A stretch of DNA of 64,000 nucleotides, taken from the NCBI GenBank assembly GCA_963767925.1, contig CAVYGB010000008.1, forward strand, positions 2,816,001 through 2,880,000. Reading direction: 5' to 3'. The notes under the pieces are model-generated. The model did no database searches. It had not been told where the DNA came from and saw only the letters and a list, made by a program, of their open reading frames with translations. Shown piece after piece: positions 63,483-64,000 of this stretch (positions are counted from its first letter, which is position 1; the number at the start of each line of letters is the position of its first letter). Both the position numbers and the translations under genes were made by a program. Source of the stretch: an uncultured delta proteobacterium (GTDB lineage: Bacteria; Myxococcota_A; Polyangia; Fen-1088).

Positions 63483-63538
63483 AAGGTTCCGGCGGCGTGA
63501 GCGCGCATAGCGCTCTCGCCCGTATGGTTTCGAGATCC

Positions 63539-63573
63539 CGCGCGGAACCCTCCGAGGGTTCCGCGCGTTTTTT
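63539..63573 (+). terminator. Rho-independent terminator after YceI
   Basis: CGCGCGGAACCCT-ccg-AGGGTTCCGCGCG followed by T6. Confidence 0.85.
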
Positions 63574-63581
63574 GCGCGCGC

Positions 63582-63752
63582 TCAGCGGACCTTCACGAAC
63601 TGGTAGGTCCAGCCGCGGACCTCGAAGGCGTGGGTGGCCTTGCCGTCCTTGATCTCGTAGGCCTGGGTCGCCTTCCACTCCTCGCCGGGGACCAGGGCGA
63701 ACATGCGGCCGTCGAGGTTCAGCGGGGCGTAGGCCGCCGCCCAGACCGGCGT
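63582..63752 (-). pseudogene. C-terminal fragment of an unknown gene
   Basis: TPVWAAAYAPLNLDGRMFALV...WTYQFVKVR has coding-like codons, but upstream sequence is the antisense of a GH2 fragment. Confidence 0.45.
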
Positions 63753-63768
63753 CAAGGACGACCTCCCC

Positions 63769-64000
63769 CTCGCCGTCCTGTGCGACAACGGCCGCGACCT
63801 CGAGCGGATCCCCTCGAGCCTGAGCGACTTCATGCTCTACGGCGGCATCCACCGCCCGGTCAACCTGGTCCACGTGCCCGCGGTCTCGCTCCAGCGCGTC
63901 CTGGTGGACAGCGCGGTCGATCTGTCCCGGAGCCGGTCCGCTGGGGGACCCGCGACGAGAACAAGATGATCAAGGTCTACTCGAACTGCCCCGAGGTGGA
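63769..64000 (+). pseudogene. Collapsed glycoside hydrolase family 2 relic
   Basis: LAVLCDNGRDLERIPSSLSDFMLYGGIHRPVNLV (N-terminal sugar-binding domain) is joined out of frame to PVRWGTRDENKMIKVYSNCPEVE (post-catalytic domain). Confidence 0.65.

Overview
High-GC bacterial chromosome segment. Gene content and protein styles suggest Myxococcota, which is an inference. Positions 1-48.9 kb are mostly housekeeping: amidase, alr-galK-galT, a PerR-like regulator with ahpCD, an 8-gene MoxR/vWA envelope operon, SMUG1-type UDG, fumC, Hsp20, sugar dehydrogenases, cysH, larA, hisC, rhomboid, RpoH-like sigma, fdhD/ydeP, csp, thiE and a thiS-thiG fusion, nrdR-rib-nusB, degP, purN and tRNA-Leu(UAA). A 164-bp palindromic MITE sits at 25.3 kb, and several collapsed gene relics are present (RND pump, IS66, TonB-like, GH2). 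From about 50.3 to 63.5 kb lies an iron-regulon island with eight Fur-box-like sites. It holds two Fur paralogs, an imelysin/di-heme oxidoreductase/imelysin/HTTM (gamma-carboxylase-like) operon, bfd, DUF4198, DUF6607, an atypical orphan response regulator and YceI. The best candidate for an undescribed system is 50.3-52.9 kb. There, two Fur-boxed promoters each drive a long, strongly structured leader RNA with a CUCC-containing loop, followed by a small Cys-motif protein, one of them a Mu Com-like zinc ribbon, interleaved with the two fur genes. This may be an RNA-based iron-sparing or translational-switch module. All calls are from motif recognition by eye; no searches were run.
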